Numbered from the whole stretch's first letter, positions 33,728-46,510 are shown. The stretch: DNA of 62,970 nt, filler included, from 14 parts of 14 records of this genome joined end to end with filler, not necessarily neighbours in it, one strand, 5' to 3'. Numbers and translations: made by a program. Notes: generated by a model from the sequence alone, not told the origin.

Positions 33728-35489
33728 TCATAGCACTCGCCACACGAGAGGCAGACTGCGGAAAATGTGCGCCAGCGGCCACACCAAGAGCTGCGAGACC
33801 ACCGCCACGAAAAGGTAACCTCTCCACACATAACCATCCCACTGCCTGTCCAGGCTGGGTGGACCGGTGACTGTGAACGATGTGGATGACCCGTTTGCGA
33901 AGACGAAGTCCACTTCATCTGCCGTGTGCAGATACACCACGTAAATCCACGTGGTCAGCACCACCACCCAGGGATGGATGAGATAAACGGTGTACGCAGC
34001 GTTGGCCGCCGAGGTGAGCCGTGGAGTGGTGAAGTTGAAGCGTTTCCTTGACGTCGCCAGCATCCAGACAGGGATCAGGGCTGTACACATGCCACCATAC
34101 GCGCACACGCCCAGCAATTCGACAGTCGATGCTCCAGCAACTCCTGAGTTCGGTGGTTTACTTCGATCCTTCGTTGTCAAGTTTACGACGCTCGTGACAG
34201 TCGACGCGAGATAGCCTGAGGCAAGAGCGCACACACCTACAAATGCAGGGAGCTCCACTTTATCCCACCAATCCACGGCAGGATCGAGCCTGGCAACCGA
34301 GCAAGTAGGCAAGAAGGCGAGAAAGCGTCACCGAAAGTTCGACGCAGTATTTATCAATGAGCGGGAAAAGCAGGCATGCCAAGCAGGGAGCCACACAGGT
34401 AGGCAAACGTACGTGCTGTAGAGTACTGAGCAGCACTCTACAGTACAATCATCAGGCAGGCATCAGGCAGGCAGGCACGTAGCTCACGCACCAGGCGCTT
34501 CGCTTCGGTGATGCACAGCAGCCAGCGGCAAAAAAGACCAAGTCGAACGGGAGACCCCCGAGCCCCATCAATGGCATCATGGCGAAATTCCCACCGAGCG
34601 CAGACGACAGCAGAAAGTCGAGTAGGCCGAGGAGTGCACAGCAGAACACAATCGTGGGCAGACGTGGGGGCGCAACGGGGACTGCGCTGCGTGCCCCACC
34701 ACGAAATGCGTATGCAAAGTTCAGCAGGAGCAGCCATGCCAGGAACCATGGCGGGCCCGGATTCACGTTGTAGAAGTACTGCCACCCAGCGCTGTTGCCG
34801 CCGCCGGCTTCAAGGTGTGGGATGATCACCGCGTGCACGACAAAGTCCAGCAGTGGGCCACATACGAAGGCGAAGCAGAGGAACGGAATGCCAAGCCGCA
34901 GGCATTTGTCTCTCAGGAACCCCCAAACGCCCGTGCCTTTGTTCATGTGTCTATCATACGATGACGGGGTGAAGAGCCCGCTGATGAAGAAAAACAAGCA
35001 CATGAAGTAGCTCTGGTCGAGCCCGTTGATCCACACCGCCATCAAAGAGAAGGTCGTCGCGTTCCCAGCGACTGCGAAGAACCAGCCGCCCTGTGCGCCC
35101 AGCGCGAGCGTACAGTGGTGGTGGACAACGATTGCGGTCAATACGACTTTGATGTTGTCCAGGTACACTGCCCGTGGCGGCCGCGGCGTGCCCGTGGGTG
35201 GGTCCACCGCCATGACCGGAAGCGTCTCGATCATCGACTCGTGTAGACCCGCCGGCCGCTGCCCGGCGTCACCGTCTCGGCAGCAGGCGCAGCAGCACTT
35301 GTTGTTGCAGCGTGAGACCAGCACGAGCGTGAAGATTAGGATAGTCGCGATGAGGGTGTTCGTCAGCAACATGTTCCCGATGCCGGGCAGCCCGACACTG
35401 AGCGCCAGCGATAGACCCAGCACCACGCCAATCACCACGGTGCGCCGGCGCCGTTGGTGACTCATCGCCGTGTCCGTCGAGTCCGCCAT
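33728..35489 (-). CDS. Acyltransferase family 3 (OafA/OpgC/NodX-like) multi-pass membrane protein
   Basis: Motifs YLDNIK...VVHHH, YFMCLFFFISG, FLRDKCLRLGIP, GPPWFL and AYTVYLIHPWV. One intron at about 34290-34491. Confidence 0.85.
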
Positions 35490-35868
35490 TCGAGCGAGCG
35501 TGAAACGGCTCCGCAATCGTTCTTAGAAAGGGCCAAGCGGCCACGCGTAGGCCTCAGCTCACCTGCTGGCTGCTAGCGCTGTAGTGTACTCGCTACACGT
35601 GCTCAGCTGACTACGTAGCGAGACGCGTCCACGCAGCCACGGTTACTAGTATTCAGTAGCCGAACTTGTCGAATGTCGTCGTCGCGCCCATGCACTCGAT
35701 AGTAGTTCGAAGTTCCGCGTCCCACCTCTCACGCGTCCCGCTTTGTTGTCCGCAATTGAAAAAAAAATTCAGCGCGTGCTAATCATTGGTTGTCCGCGCG
35801 CAATCCTGCGGCCGCATTCCTCAAGTCCGCGTGAGTGGTGAACCCCCGTAATCAAATTGTAATTCTGC

Positions 35869-35968
35869 NNNNNNNNNNNNNNNNNNNNNNNNNNNNNNNN
35901 NNNNNNNNNNNNTTAATTAATTAANNNNNNNNNNNNNNNNNNNNNNNNNNNNNNNNNNNNNNNNNNNN
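35869..35968. other. Artificial contig spacer
   Basis: N44-TTAATTAATTAA-N44. Confidence 0.99.
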
Positions 35969-36642
35969 GTTGACCCATCATTCCCGGTTCAGCTCTACAC
36001 AAGTACAGTACTAATCTAGTAGTCAGTAGGAATCCTACTCAGAGAGTGGTCAACTGAGAACTTCCTCCGGGTGGGGCGTGGGGGGGACTCTCCCGGGCGG
36101 CTTGCTCCCCGTGGTGAGTTCCCAGTTCCGGCTGCGCTGTGCGGTGGACCCTGGACCGATCCACAGCGGAGTCGACACACAACCCCGTAATTCCCCTATG
36201 AATCCGCCGCCCATTCGCATCGAGGTGGTCCAAGGTGGCCACTGTATTCCTCAGTGCGTTCTCCCTACCTGCAGGCTGACTGCCTGCTGCTGCTGGCCAG
36301 GTGGCCACACTGTGTGGGAAGTGTTCCCATACAGTTGACTGTGACAAGTGGTCGTCCCGTTTCTGCACCGATACAACTGACCGGGCCGCGCAGAGCACTT
36401 GGGACTTCCCCCGGGGCCGGGCTGCGGGGCCCCCGGGACGTGCGCACGCTGGTCGCTGTGAACGGGTGGGTGGCCGCTGAGAAGCTGTGTTGGAGTTTGC
36501 TGCTGGCAGGGCGGGCGAGGGGCTGTGTGGTGGTGCTTGTGGGTGTTGGCTGAAGGTAGCGTGGTGCTGTGTGGATTCGGCTCAGGAGAGCAGAGCGTAG
36601 CGCGCGCGCGCAGCAGCAGCAGGGGCACTGTGTGGTTGGCAG

Positions 36643-37169
36643 AGGAGGTGGGATGCACGACAGCTAGTGCGCGGGTGGGCGGCGCTCGAACTGGTGGATC
36701 GCTGGACGTCATGCGGGAGGGACTCCTGCAAGCGGAGGGGACCCGGGTGGCCAGGGACAGCCAGTCGTTGCGCACCAGCTCGGGTATTCTGAAGGCAGGA
36801 GTGGGGAAGGTGGTTGAGCCCAATTCGCCCAGGCTGTCGTTTGCTGACACGTGAGCTCCACACGCCTGCCGCCCGCTCTTTGACACCTGCCCGCACTGAC
36901 CAGTTTGCCATTTTCGCAGCAAAGGTCAGGCCTTAGAGGCAGTGGAAGTGATCCCGTCTCGGGCGAGGCGAGCAGGGTATGTTGCCGACGACGACCCGTG
37001 TGCTGACTGCAGTGAGATGGACTGTCGCAGCGGGCGCTGGCTGCTGCTCCCGCTGATCGTCGTGGTCATGGTCGCGATCATCTACGCGCTGGTCCCGGGT
37101 GGGAAACCTCATCCTGAGCCGGCGCCGCCGCCGTCCGGCTCACTCGCCGGCGAGCTGTCAGATGACTAA
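36643..37169 (+). CDS. 3' exons of a small C-terminally anchored protein with SILK- and RVxF-like motifs
   Basis: Intron 36851-36919 gives SSGILK...PRLSFADT|KGQALEAVEVIP, followed by TM WLLLPLIVVVMVAIIYALV. Upstream exons are unresolved. Confidence 0.5.
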
Positions 37170-37274
37170 GCGACGGGTAGAATCGGCTCTCAGAGGAGGC
37201 GCTGTGTGCATGTGGACATCATACAGGCACAGCTTTGTTTTCGCGAACCAGACTCAGCGCCCTTGGTGACTGTG

Positions 37275-40200
37275 CTACTTGCCGCTTTTTCTCGCCGCCT
37301 TTTTCTCCGCCTTTTTCTCCGCCTTCCTCCTCGCTTTGCACTCGTCGCAAAACCAGTCACCCTTGGGAATCGACTCCAGTGGCGGGTCGCAGCAGAATGT
37401 GTGGCACGCAAGATCACAGCCTTCGCAGAGCAACATCTGTTCATCATCTTTTTCGTCGTGGTCTTTGCACACCTGCGCGGGGACACGTTTCGCCATGAGA
37501 CACGAATATGCAATCGATGCAGCGCTGAAGACACACCCACACACGCGCGCGGCACGTGCGTTGGGAGTTCGAGCAGGCAGGCAGGCTAAGAGGGAGATCG
37601 CGCCTGACAAGCGTCATCATCAAGCATCTGCAGAGGCGGAATGTCCTGCTTCGACCTTCCTGGCTTTCCAACGACCCACTCGGTGATCAGGCGATTCGCA
37701 ATCTGCTCTAAGCGGTTGGCGAGGGCAGAGATCGGAGAATCAGCGGCATTGTAGTGGCGGCAGTTTGCGAAAACGAGCTGCACGTCCGAGATGAACTGAT
37801 CAACCGTCGAGTAGCTCGTCTACCAAGCACACGGATAGAGAGAAAGAGAGAGAGAGAGAGATGCATGTAAACACAGCCACGTCAGCCGACATACACGCAA
37901 ACATCGCGTGCTGTAGAGTGAGCACAGGCCATTTGCTGTGGGTGAACTTACCTGGACTTTCTCCAGGATCGTGCCAAAGTCCATCGGCTCCGGGATCAGC
38001 TGGTAATAATCTGGATACAAATCCGGGTCCACGGCCGTCGCGAAGAGCGCGGCATTCTCCTTATTCATGAGCGCGGTCATCAAAGCTTCCAGACGTTTCT
38101 GCATGGCTGATGGCAGCGAGCCTCCTTGGTGCACCTTCTGTTTCTTTGAGCCAGCCGTAGACGCTGACGAGCCAGCCTTAGACGACGACCTCTTGCGACC
38201 ATCAGATGCTCCTGCAGCCTTAGCAGAAGCCTTCTTTTTACGCTTCCCCTCGGGTCCCTTCTCGCTATCCCCTGCTGATTTCGATCGACCTTTTTTGTGA
38301 TTGGCACGGGGAAGATTCTTTGATGTCTCCTTCAAAGCGTAGAGTGCAAACGTCAGCTGTGGTCCGCTCGGGCCATCGCGTGTCGCTGGCCACCCCAATG
38401 CCGCGTACCACGCCGTCAACCATCCATGCCAAGCTGTGCCGAGGGCTTGGTTCTTCACGAAACTTGGGTTTAGATGGGCCGAAGCATCGATCATGTCACC
38501 AAGCTTGGTCACCAACGGCAGCAAGTCAGCCCACTTGTTGCACTCCAAAAGAGCCTTGTACCATTCCATCAGAGCACTTTTCATCTCGGCGTTGTTGATA
38601 ACTTGCGCCTCGCGAAGGTTGGACATAAGCTCCTTCGCTTGCTCCAATGCCTCAGCGTCAGGTGGAGTGGTTGGAGGACGGTCATCCGCCGAAACCATCG
38701 CTCGTTCGTTGAACCGTGGTCCGTTGATTGCATCAATGATCTGCTGTTTATACAGCTCGAGGTTTTCCTTTAGCTGCCGTTCACGTGGACCGTGTGGATT
38801 CAGGTAGCTCATCAACGCCTCGACATCCTCTGAACGATCATAGTAGGTCCAGCGACTCTCGTGACACGGGGACGGCTCAGCACCTCGGAATGCTGTAAAC
38901 CGACCGTATGCAGTGTCAGGAATCTTACGGTGTTGAGAGGTGATGTCATGCTCAGGTGCAGCTGGTTCATCTATGCTCGCTTCGGCCATCGCCCAGTCGT
39001 CAGCAGCAGCTTCTGTGTCCTCAGGATCAGTTTTTGTAACGACTGCTTGCTCGACTTCTCCAGTTCCGGATGCCGTTGAGTTGTCAGCTTCCTGTGCTGT
39101 CGAGCGACTTGGGCTGCTAGGAAGGGAGCCCTCTGCCTGTGCTCCTGCATCAGTACCTGTAGGTTGCTCGAGCTTTGCGCCGTGCGAAGACGCCAGCGTC
39201 GTAGGCTCACCTGGTTCCTGCTCCACTGAGAGGTCCACATCACCTGCTTTCTCTTCTTCACTGAGCATGGACCGACGATGCTGACCCATGTGGCCGAACA
39301 GTTTCCCACTTCCTTCGACACACCACGGGCACAGGTCAACGCCTTGTGTCAAGCTAGTATCGATGCCACCCTGCAGCTCCTCCATCTCTACTGCGCGAAC
39401 TGATTTCTCTATCTCCTTAGCAGCCTCCCTGCGTTTGCGGTCTTTTTCGATTTGTTCATCACGCGCAGGTCCGGGAGGCAAGACGAACCTCCTTTCTCGA
39501 ACAGTGCCAAGTTTCCTCTTGCCCGTTTCAGGATCAATTTCGTCCAATTCCTTGATAACATCTTCGTATTGGTCTTCGTCGTCCTCGTCTTGGTCGTCGT
39601 CATCAGCTTCGCGATAGTCCATCTCACCCTCCACAGGCGTCCAGTTGGGGTGACCAAGTGGGTCGATTCGCAACGACAGCTTCTTCTCGATAATGATCTG
39701 GAGCAAGTCTACGGGTTCATCTTCTTCTTTAGCCTCGACGCCGAACGCCAACAGGGCTTCGGCCAATACCTCCCTTGTGGCAAAAGAAAATGACTCGAGC
39801 GTTTCCTCAACCGTGGCCCGTCTGACTGCTTTAAGCTGAATTGCTTGGGTGTACACAGCAGGACTAGTTATGAGATCCACAAGCGCTTGCTTGTCTGTCG
39901 CAGCGGTCCGATCAACTTCGGCCGCATCCAGCATGTCTTCAAGAACAGACTGAGGCATTTCCGAAAATTCAGCTCGAACTTTCGCTTCAGCTGCTGCACG
40001 ACGCTCTGTGATGGTACCGTCCGTCTTGGTAAACTCACGCACGTTTAGTGGAACTACTACTTGATGTGCTTCTCGAACATAAAGCCGTCGAGGATTGCTC
40101 TGGAACCACCAGTACGTATTGTAAAAGCGGTCTTCTCCGAGGCACTCAGTTCGTGTTGCGATCGTCTGCAGCAGCTCGTCGTCCAAGGATTTTTTCTCGA

Positions 40201-42014
40201 GTTCTTCTGGAGTAGGTTCCAAGTATTTTTTGAAAATGTCCTCGTCATCGTCGTCATCATCTTGTGGTGCTTCTTGCTGGTCATCTTGTTCTTCTTTGAC
40301 CTTTTGCTGAGCCGTCTGCTCCTGACCTTCAGACACGCTTGAGTCCGGTGCAGCTGTCTCCCCAGCAGCTGAATCTCCAGCGGACGATGAGTCCACGCTC
40401 AGACGTGGAGCTGCAGTTACTAGCTTGATCTCATGCGCACGACGCAAGCAAATCCCTCCGGCCTTGCCCTTCTTGCTTTTCTCTTCTGTTTCCTTCTTGG
40501 CATCGTCCGGCCTGTCGACCTTGACGCGAAAGACACCCCTGCTTCCACTTTCCACCGTGCCAAAAGTGCCGTCTTCAAGCCGGACACGCTTCCCGATCCA
40601 CTTCTCAGCTTCCTTCTCGTTGGCAAGACGCTTCTTCTTCATCCCGGCCTCCATTCTTTCGCGCAGAATGTTTTCCGATTGTTCTTGCGCATCGTTGATA
40701 AGCATATAGCATTTCTTTGTGCTCAAAACCTCGCAAATGAGGTGGTTCAGGATGATAAGCTTCTCTTCAATTGTGATCGAATCGTACCCTTGCACGTGCA
40801 CAGAATGCAGAGCTTCAAGCACAGCCCTGTTCGCTGGAATACCGGGTAGTGTCCGGTGCGTGTGCATTCGCAATATTTCGGGCCACGTGACTGCAGTAAG
40901 TAGATCTGTCGCAACTTTCAAATTCGTTTTGAAGAAATACTGTTCCCAGTCGCGGACCTTGTCGATATCGTCCATCAGCAGCTGGACCAGACGGATGTGT
41001 AGCTGCGTCAAGACATCACTTCTTAGCCCCCGTAGCGCCTTGCGCGAAGTGAGAAGCAGATGTAGCTGTTCAGATGTTAGCTGTGGGACACCTAAGTCCA
41101 ACTCTTCTGCGAAGCGGTGCAAGAAGTCTACCACTGACGCAATGTCGAAGTTGATCCCCATAGATTCTCCGATTGGCGTTGTCTTCGGCGGGAGCAACAT
41201 GGCATCTTCGACTTCGTAGCTGCCAGCTTTCTTCGGTTTCGGGGCACCATTCAAGCCACTGTTTGTTTTCTTTGCGCCGCCGACATCATTTTCTGCAGTC
41301 TTCGTAGAGCTCTGAGCTTGCTCTTGCGGTTTTGCGTCACCAGCGGTGGTATCTGCAGCTGCAGGGGCATCTGGCTGGAGATATTTAGTCTGGTATCTGG
41401 CTGGAGCCTCAGTCGTTTTGCTAGTGATAGCTGCAGTTTCAGGAGCAGTGGTGGGATCGTCCTGCGCAGCACCAGCAGTTCCAACATCTGAATCCTGCTT
41501 GGCAGGCTCTTCTTTTGCCGCTTCATCTTTTGCTGGTTCTTCTTCAGGCTCCTCATACGGGCTGAGCAAAATTTCGGAAAGCAATTCGAGATCGTCGTTG
41601 TGTTGTGAATCATGTTTGCCGGTGGGGTCACAGTAGCGTCGGTGGCCACCGAGGGCTGGAATCGTAGCAAAACGTTTCTGGCAAGTGTTGCAAACATACA
41701 TACCGTCTTCGTCCATTTTCGGCGGCCCGATGTGTCCCGCACGAAACCTGGAGCCGCAAGCCGCGCAAAGAGTCTTTGCTCCCTGAGGACCTGGGGCCTT
41801 GCCTCTGCACTCAAGGTACGTTGTATCACACCACTGACATCGCCATTTTCCACCATCACAATATCTGCGATGCCCACCTAGTGCCACAACGGTATCAAAA
41901 GTTGCCGGACAACTTTCGCACCGATATTTCTGAACACCATCGCCCATATCATGCTTCTCGATCGCTTTCGTATGACCGGAACGGAAACGGCTGCCACACG
42001 TGGCGCACAGCGTC
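37275..42014 (-). CDS. ISWI-associated chromatin factor: C2H2 and GATA-like Zn fingers, DDT, WHIM1-3, bromodomain, PHD (probably 5'-truncated)
   Basis: CESC...LGGHRRYC twice and CQWC...GAKTLCAAC. DDT-like VVDFLHRF; WHIM motifs GYDSITIEEKLIIL, LGEDRFYNTYWWF and WTYY...LNPHGPRERQL. Bromodomain PDYYQLIPEPMDFGTI...FANCRHYN. PHD CQVC...LLCEGCDLACHTFC...WFCDEC. Confidence 0.9.
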
Positions 42015-42114
42015 NNNNNNNNNNNNNNNNNNNNNNNNNNNNNNNNNNNNNNNNNNNNTTAATTAATTAANNNNNNNNNNNNNNNNNNNNNNNNNNNNNN
42101 NNNNNNNNNNNNNN
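42015..42114. other. Artificial contig spacer
   Basis: N44-TTAATTAATTAA-N44. Confidence 0.99.
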
Positions 42115-42602
42115 AGGGGTTAATAATTTGGCACTACACGGTAGATCAGCGCGAGCGCGCGCGCGCCCTCGATTGCGCGCCCACCGCGGCGCGTCATGCA
42201 GGCATGCACGCTTGTTCGAACAGTCAACCCCGTCCAGGGCTCACCGGCGTTTCAGCCATCTCTCCAAACCCCTGTTTTCCAATACTGGCCGCTAGCGTGC
42301 CCGAAAATCTTGGCTGAATCGAGCTCGGCCGGGTGTAGTTAGTACGGTAGTATTAATGCTGAATTCCAATGCAAATGTGAGAGTCCTCAGTCAGACTCAG
42401 GTCCTGGGATTCAGTTGCGCCGGCAACGACCCCGCTCGGGACGGGGTACGACGTTGGTGCTTTGGTATAATACACAGGTGAAGGACCTCTCCAATTTCGT
42501 ATTTGATTCCGTTAAGATATCTCTGTATCTGACTGTACAATACAGGCAGTGAATATGAGTTTATTGAGTGCACAGATCGCCATTTGTGTGTACACACAAC
42601 AG

Positions 42603-42890
42603 TGCTGCTGCTGTTCCTGCCGCCGCTGTTCCTACTGCTTTTCCTGCTGCTTCCCCTGCTGCTGCTCCTGCTGCTGTTCCTGCTGCTTTTCCTGCTGCTT
42701 CCCCTGCTGCTTCTCCTGTTGCTGTTCCTACTGCAGTTCCTGCTGCTTCTCCTGCTGCTGTTCCTGCTGCTTCTCCTGCTGCTTCTCCTGCTGCAGTTCC
42801 TGCTGCAGTTCCTGCTGTTGTTCCTGCTGTTCCTGCTGCTGTTCCTGCTGCTCCTGCTGCCGCCGCTGCAGTTCCTGCTGTTCCTGCTGT
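42603..42890. repeat. Degenerate 12-nt minisatellite CCTGCTGCT(GTT/TCT/TTT)
   Basis: About 290 nt of directly visible tandem units. Confidence 0.85.
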
Positions 42891-43103
42891 GGCGGCGATT
42901 GCAGAGGTGGTGTCGTGCTACGGTGTGTGCCAGGGTGATGGTGGTGCTGTAGGGGTGAACCGTCTTGGTCGACAGAGAAGCTGACGGAGAGAGGGACTGG
43001 TGGCACTGCGTGCGGTGCGGTGATGACAGATCGGGGTTGGGCTGGGCTGGGCACCGGAGGGAAGGACTGAGTGTCTGCCTGAGCCCGTCTCAGCGGGCCG
43101 CCC

Positions 43104-46100
43104 ATGGGCTGCGGTGCGTCAAGCAACGGGGCCCTGCATGTGGACGTGGAGGCGCGCGACGGCTGCGACCGGCGGTACGACGATCTTGTCGCCGAGAGCC
43201 CGACGCTCTCGCATGCGTTCGAGAAGCGGCGGCGGTTCGAGGCGATGATGCAGGAGGCGATGCACGGCCGAGCCACCGAGGGCCTGGGCAGCGCCTTCGA
43301 CCGCTGGAAGATGCAGGCATTTTACCAGCGCACGGTGAAGCAGGTGCGGGCACGGTTCACGCAAATGAACAAGGCTGCGGCGTTTTCAGGCTGGCTTGCC
43401 AAGGTGCAAGACGCGCTGGAAAAGAAGCGTAAGGAGCAGAGCGCCATCCGACTGCTGAAGCGGATGATGAACCAGCAGCTCGCAGTGATCCTCGATGCGT
43501 GGTGTGAGTTTGTCGAGATCATGGTGACGGTCAAAGCCGCCCGGGCGGCCGTCTACCTGGCTGCCGATCGCGCCGTCGATGACGCAGAGGAGGCGCGGCT
43601 CGAGCGGCTGGCAAATGCCCAACGCGCGCGCCTCGCACAGAGCAACCTCGAAGATCGCTCGGCGCGATACATCCAGGCGCGGTATCGTGGTCGACTGGCA
43701 CGCAGAGAAATGCAGGAAATGAACAAGGCTGCATCCAAAATAGCGACAAATTTTAGGGGTCGAATGGCCCGCCGAAAAATGAAGGAGCGGAAGCCCGGCC
43801 GCGGCCTGCTGCGCCAGGCGAACACCATGAACATGGCGGCTCTGCAAGCAGAGGCGGCTAAGGCGAAAGAGATGGAGGAGGCGGAGATGGTTGCGCACAA
43901 GCTTATGGAGCAGAAAGCGGCCGACCTGGCAAGGGAGCAAGAGGCAGCTCGGATAGCTGAGGAAGCCTCTGTCGCAGCGACAGCTGCCGCAGACCAGGCA
44001 AAGGCTGCGGCGGCGAAGCGTCTACTCATGGCGTCTCAACATGGCCAGCAGAGCGCGCTCGTACTGGCTGCAGCCCACGCCGCCGCGGAGCAGGCCCGAG
44101 AGCTCGAAGTTGCTGCGGTAGCAGAGCAGCAGCGGTTAGAGGACGAAGAGGCTCGATTGTTGGCCGAACAAGCGGAAGCAGAAAAGGCCCTGGAGGCGGC
44201 TCGCGCCGCCGAAGACGAGGCAGCGTTGAAAACGGCCGAAGAGGCACAACGCAAAGCCGAAGAAGCGCAGAAAGCTGCCCATGAAGCTGAGCAGCGCGCA
44301 AAGGCCGAAGCTGAGAGGTTGCGTGCTGAAGCAGAGACAGCACGCCTGGCAGAAGAAGCTGAGGCTGAAAAGGCCAGGGTGCAGGCAGAGGCTGATGAAC
44401 GCGCGCGTGTGGAGGCAGAGAAGGAGGCTACACGTCTGGAAGCTGAGGCCGAGGCAAAGCGATTAGCCGCAGAGGCTGAAGCCGAGGCACAACGCGTTGC
44501 GGAGGAAGAAGCACGGCTTGCTGCAGAAGCAGAGGAGGCTGCACGACATGCCGTTGCGACTGAGAACCGGCTGCTACGAATCAAGGAAGACGCCCAACGC
44601 GCACAAATGTACTTGGGTGGCAAGCATACCGCATTGGTATCACGCCGAATGCCAGGCACAGTCCGTGAAAGTGGCGTCGCACGAGACTCGACTGGGAAGC
44701 CGGAGCGCTTTGCTGACAAAGACCTAGAGGGGCGATGGACTGGTGCGGGTTTAACCAAGCGGGTTGAGCTACTGGCGAGTCTCCCGCTAGTGCCAAAGAT
44801 CAACGAAGATGGCGCTATGGATGATGCTGCTGTGGCAAAGGCACAAAAGAAAGCACGGTCGAAAAGAAAGAAGACCTACAATGCAATGAGGTGGGTCGCT
44901 GTGATGCTGTCAGAGCCACGAAAACCCCCTGTCCCACCTCGCAAAGGTGAGCCTGGCGATCCGGACGTCCCTGGGCGGCCGGCAGAAGACGGTGCGATGG
45001 TAGCTCCAACGCCTGACATCAAGAACTTTGTGCCTGGTGCGAAACCGAAGGCATTACCACCGGTACCTGCCATCACTGCATGTGTTGAAGCTGGATTAGT
45101 ACCGGTTACCCTAGCGTTGCTGGATCCCGGAATGGACTACGGTCCTGAGTACCCAGCTGAACTGTGGCAGCTGATGGCGATGTGGATCCTCACTAATCTT
45201 TGTTCAGTCCCCGAGCCACCGGGATTGACCCAAGATGATTATTCCCGCAGAAAAGAGGCGGAGATTTCACAGAGTGGAGTAGCAGGACTTCTTGTGGAGA
45301 GAGGTGCTCTTCCGTTGCTGATTCGGCATATAGACCCAGAGCAGCAGGATTCTGCAAATGTGCGCGAGCACGCAGTATGGGTCCTCGGCCACATTGCTGC
45401 TGTAAGTATCCCGTTGAGAGATGCGGTGCTAGAAACAGGGGCGTTGGCACCCATAATAGCGCATTTCTTCACAGTTGCACGACGAATTTCAAGTAGTGCA
45501 GCGATGGGCCCAGGTCAGCAGTGGGGTGGTCCTCTGGAAGGCGTTCTAGCGCACGGCGAGTCAATTGAGATCCAGCACTGGGCACGCTGGACCACAACCA
45601 CGCTGGCTGTGTTGTGCACAACTAGAGACGAAGAGTTGACAGATCAGACCCTGTCTGTGTGGGCGTACTTGATTGAGGAGGACAGCGAGAGAATCCTCAA
45701 CTTTGCACTGTGTGTCTTGCGCATGTTGAGCGAAGGATCGTTGAAGCGGCTGAAGGCTGTCGTGGATACGAGGGCCCCTGCACGGATCCTGACGCTGCAG
45801 CAGCGCGAGGGGATAGATGCGGAAAAAAGGCGGGCCCAGGACAGAGAGCTTTATGAAGCAATGGCCGCGTCTCCGCTTGTGCGGACACAGTCTGGTAGCC
45901 GGAAGCAGAAGGGCGTGATTGATAGATTGGTGGAGCTTCTGGAGTTCGGAGGTAGCATCAAAGTGCAGGCACTGCAGGTGATCAGCAACATCTGCGTAGC
46001 GAACTCGTACGTGGCCGCCCCCCAGGATCGATTCGTGGAGGAAGTTCAGACCAGTGGGGTTGGCACGCGGAGCAGCTTGAAGATGTTGCTCGGGCTAATG

Positions 46101-46410
46101 TTGAGCTCCGACCAGACCACGTCAGTGATGGCTGTACGGGTCCTGGTTAATATGCTGGCAGGCACACAGACTCAAGTTGGGCGTGTGGTTGACCTTGACT
46201 GCACGTGCGCCACCATACCGGTCGGCCATGTCTTTCCGATCTTGCTGCGCTGGCTTATAGGCTCTGCAAAACCTAAGGCCTTTGCCGGGTCGATCAGTCT
46301 GCACGGTGATCGTGCGATTGGACAGACCGTGGTGGAGCTGACGGAAGCGACGCAGGCGATCTGCAACGCCAGCTGGAGCAGGCCACAGCATGTCCAGTAT
46401 CTCCTTCGAC
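43104..46410 (+). CDS. N-acylated protein with IQ motifs, long Ala/Glu/Arg helix and importin-alpha-like ARM repeats (3'-truncated)
   Basis: MGCGAS N-terminus; IQARYRGRLARR and IATNFRGRMARR; A/E/R-rich helix. ARM motifs QLMAMWILTNL, VREHAVWVLGHIA...LRDAVLETGAL and ALQVISNI. Confidence 0.8.
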
Positions 46411-46510
46411 NNNNNNNNNNNNNNNNNNNNNNNNNNNNNNNNNNNNNNNNNNNNTTAATTAATTAANNNNNNNNNNNNNNNNNNNNNNNNNNNNNNNNNN
46501 NNNNNNNNNN
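46411..46510. other. Artificial contig spacer
   Basis: N44-TTAATTAATTAA-N44. Confidence 0.99.

Noticed and set aside
42549-42952. Cys-rich metallothionein-like and Leu-rich ORFs
   Set aside because: They are alternative frames of the CTG-rich minisatellite and lack ATG starts.
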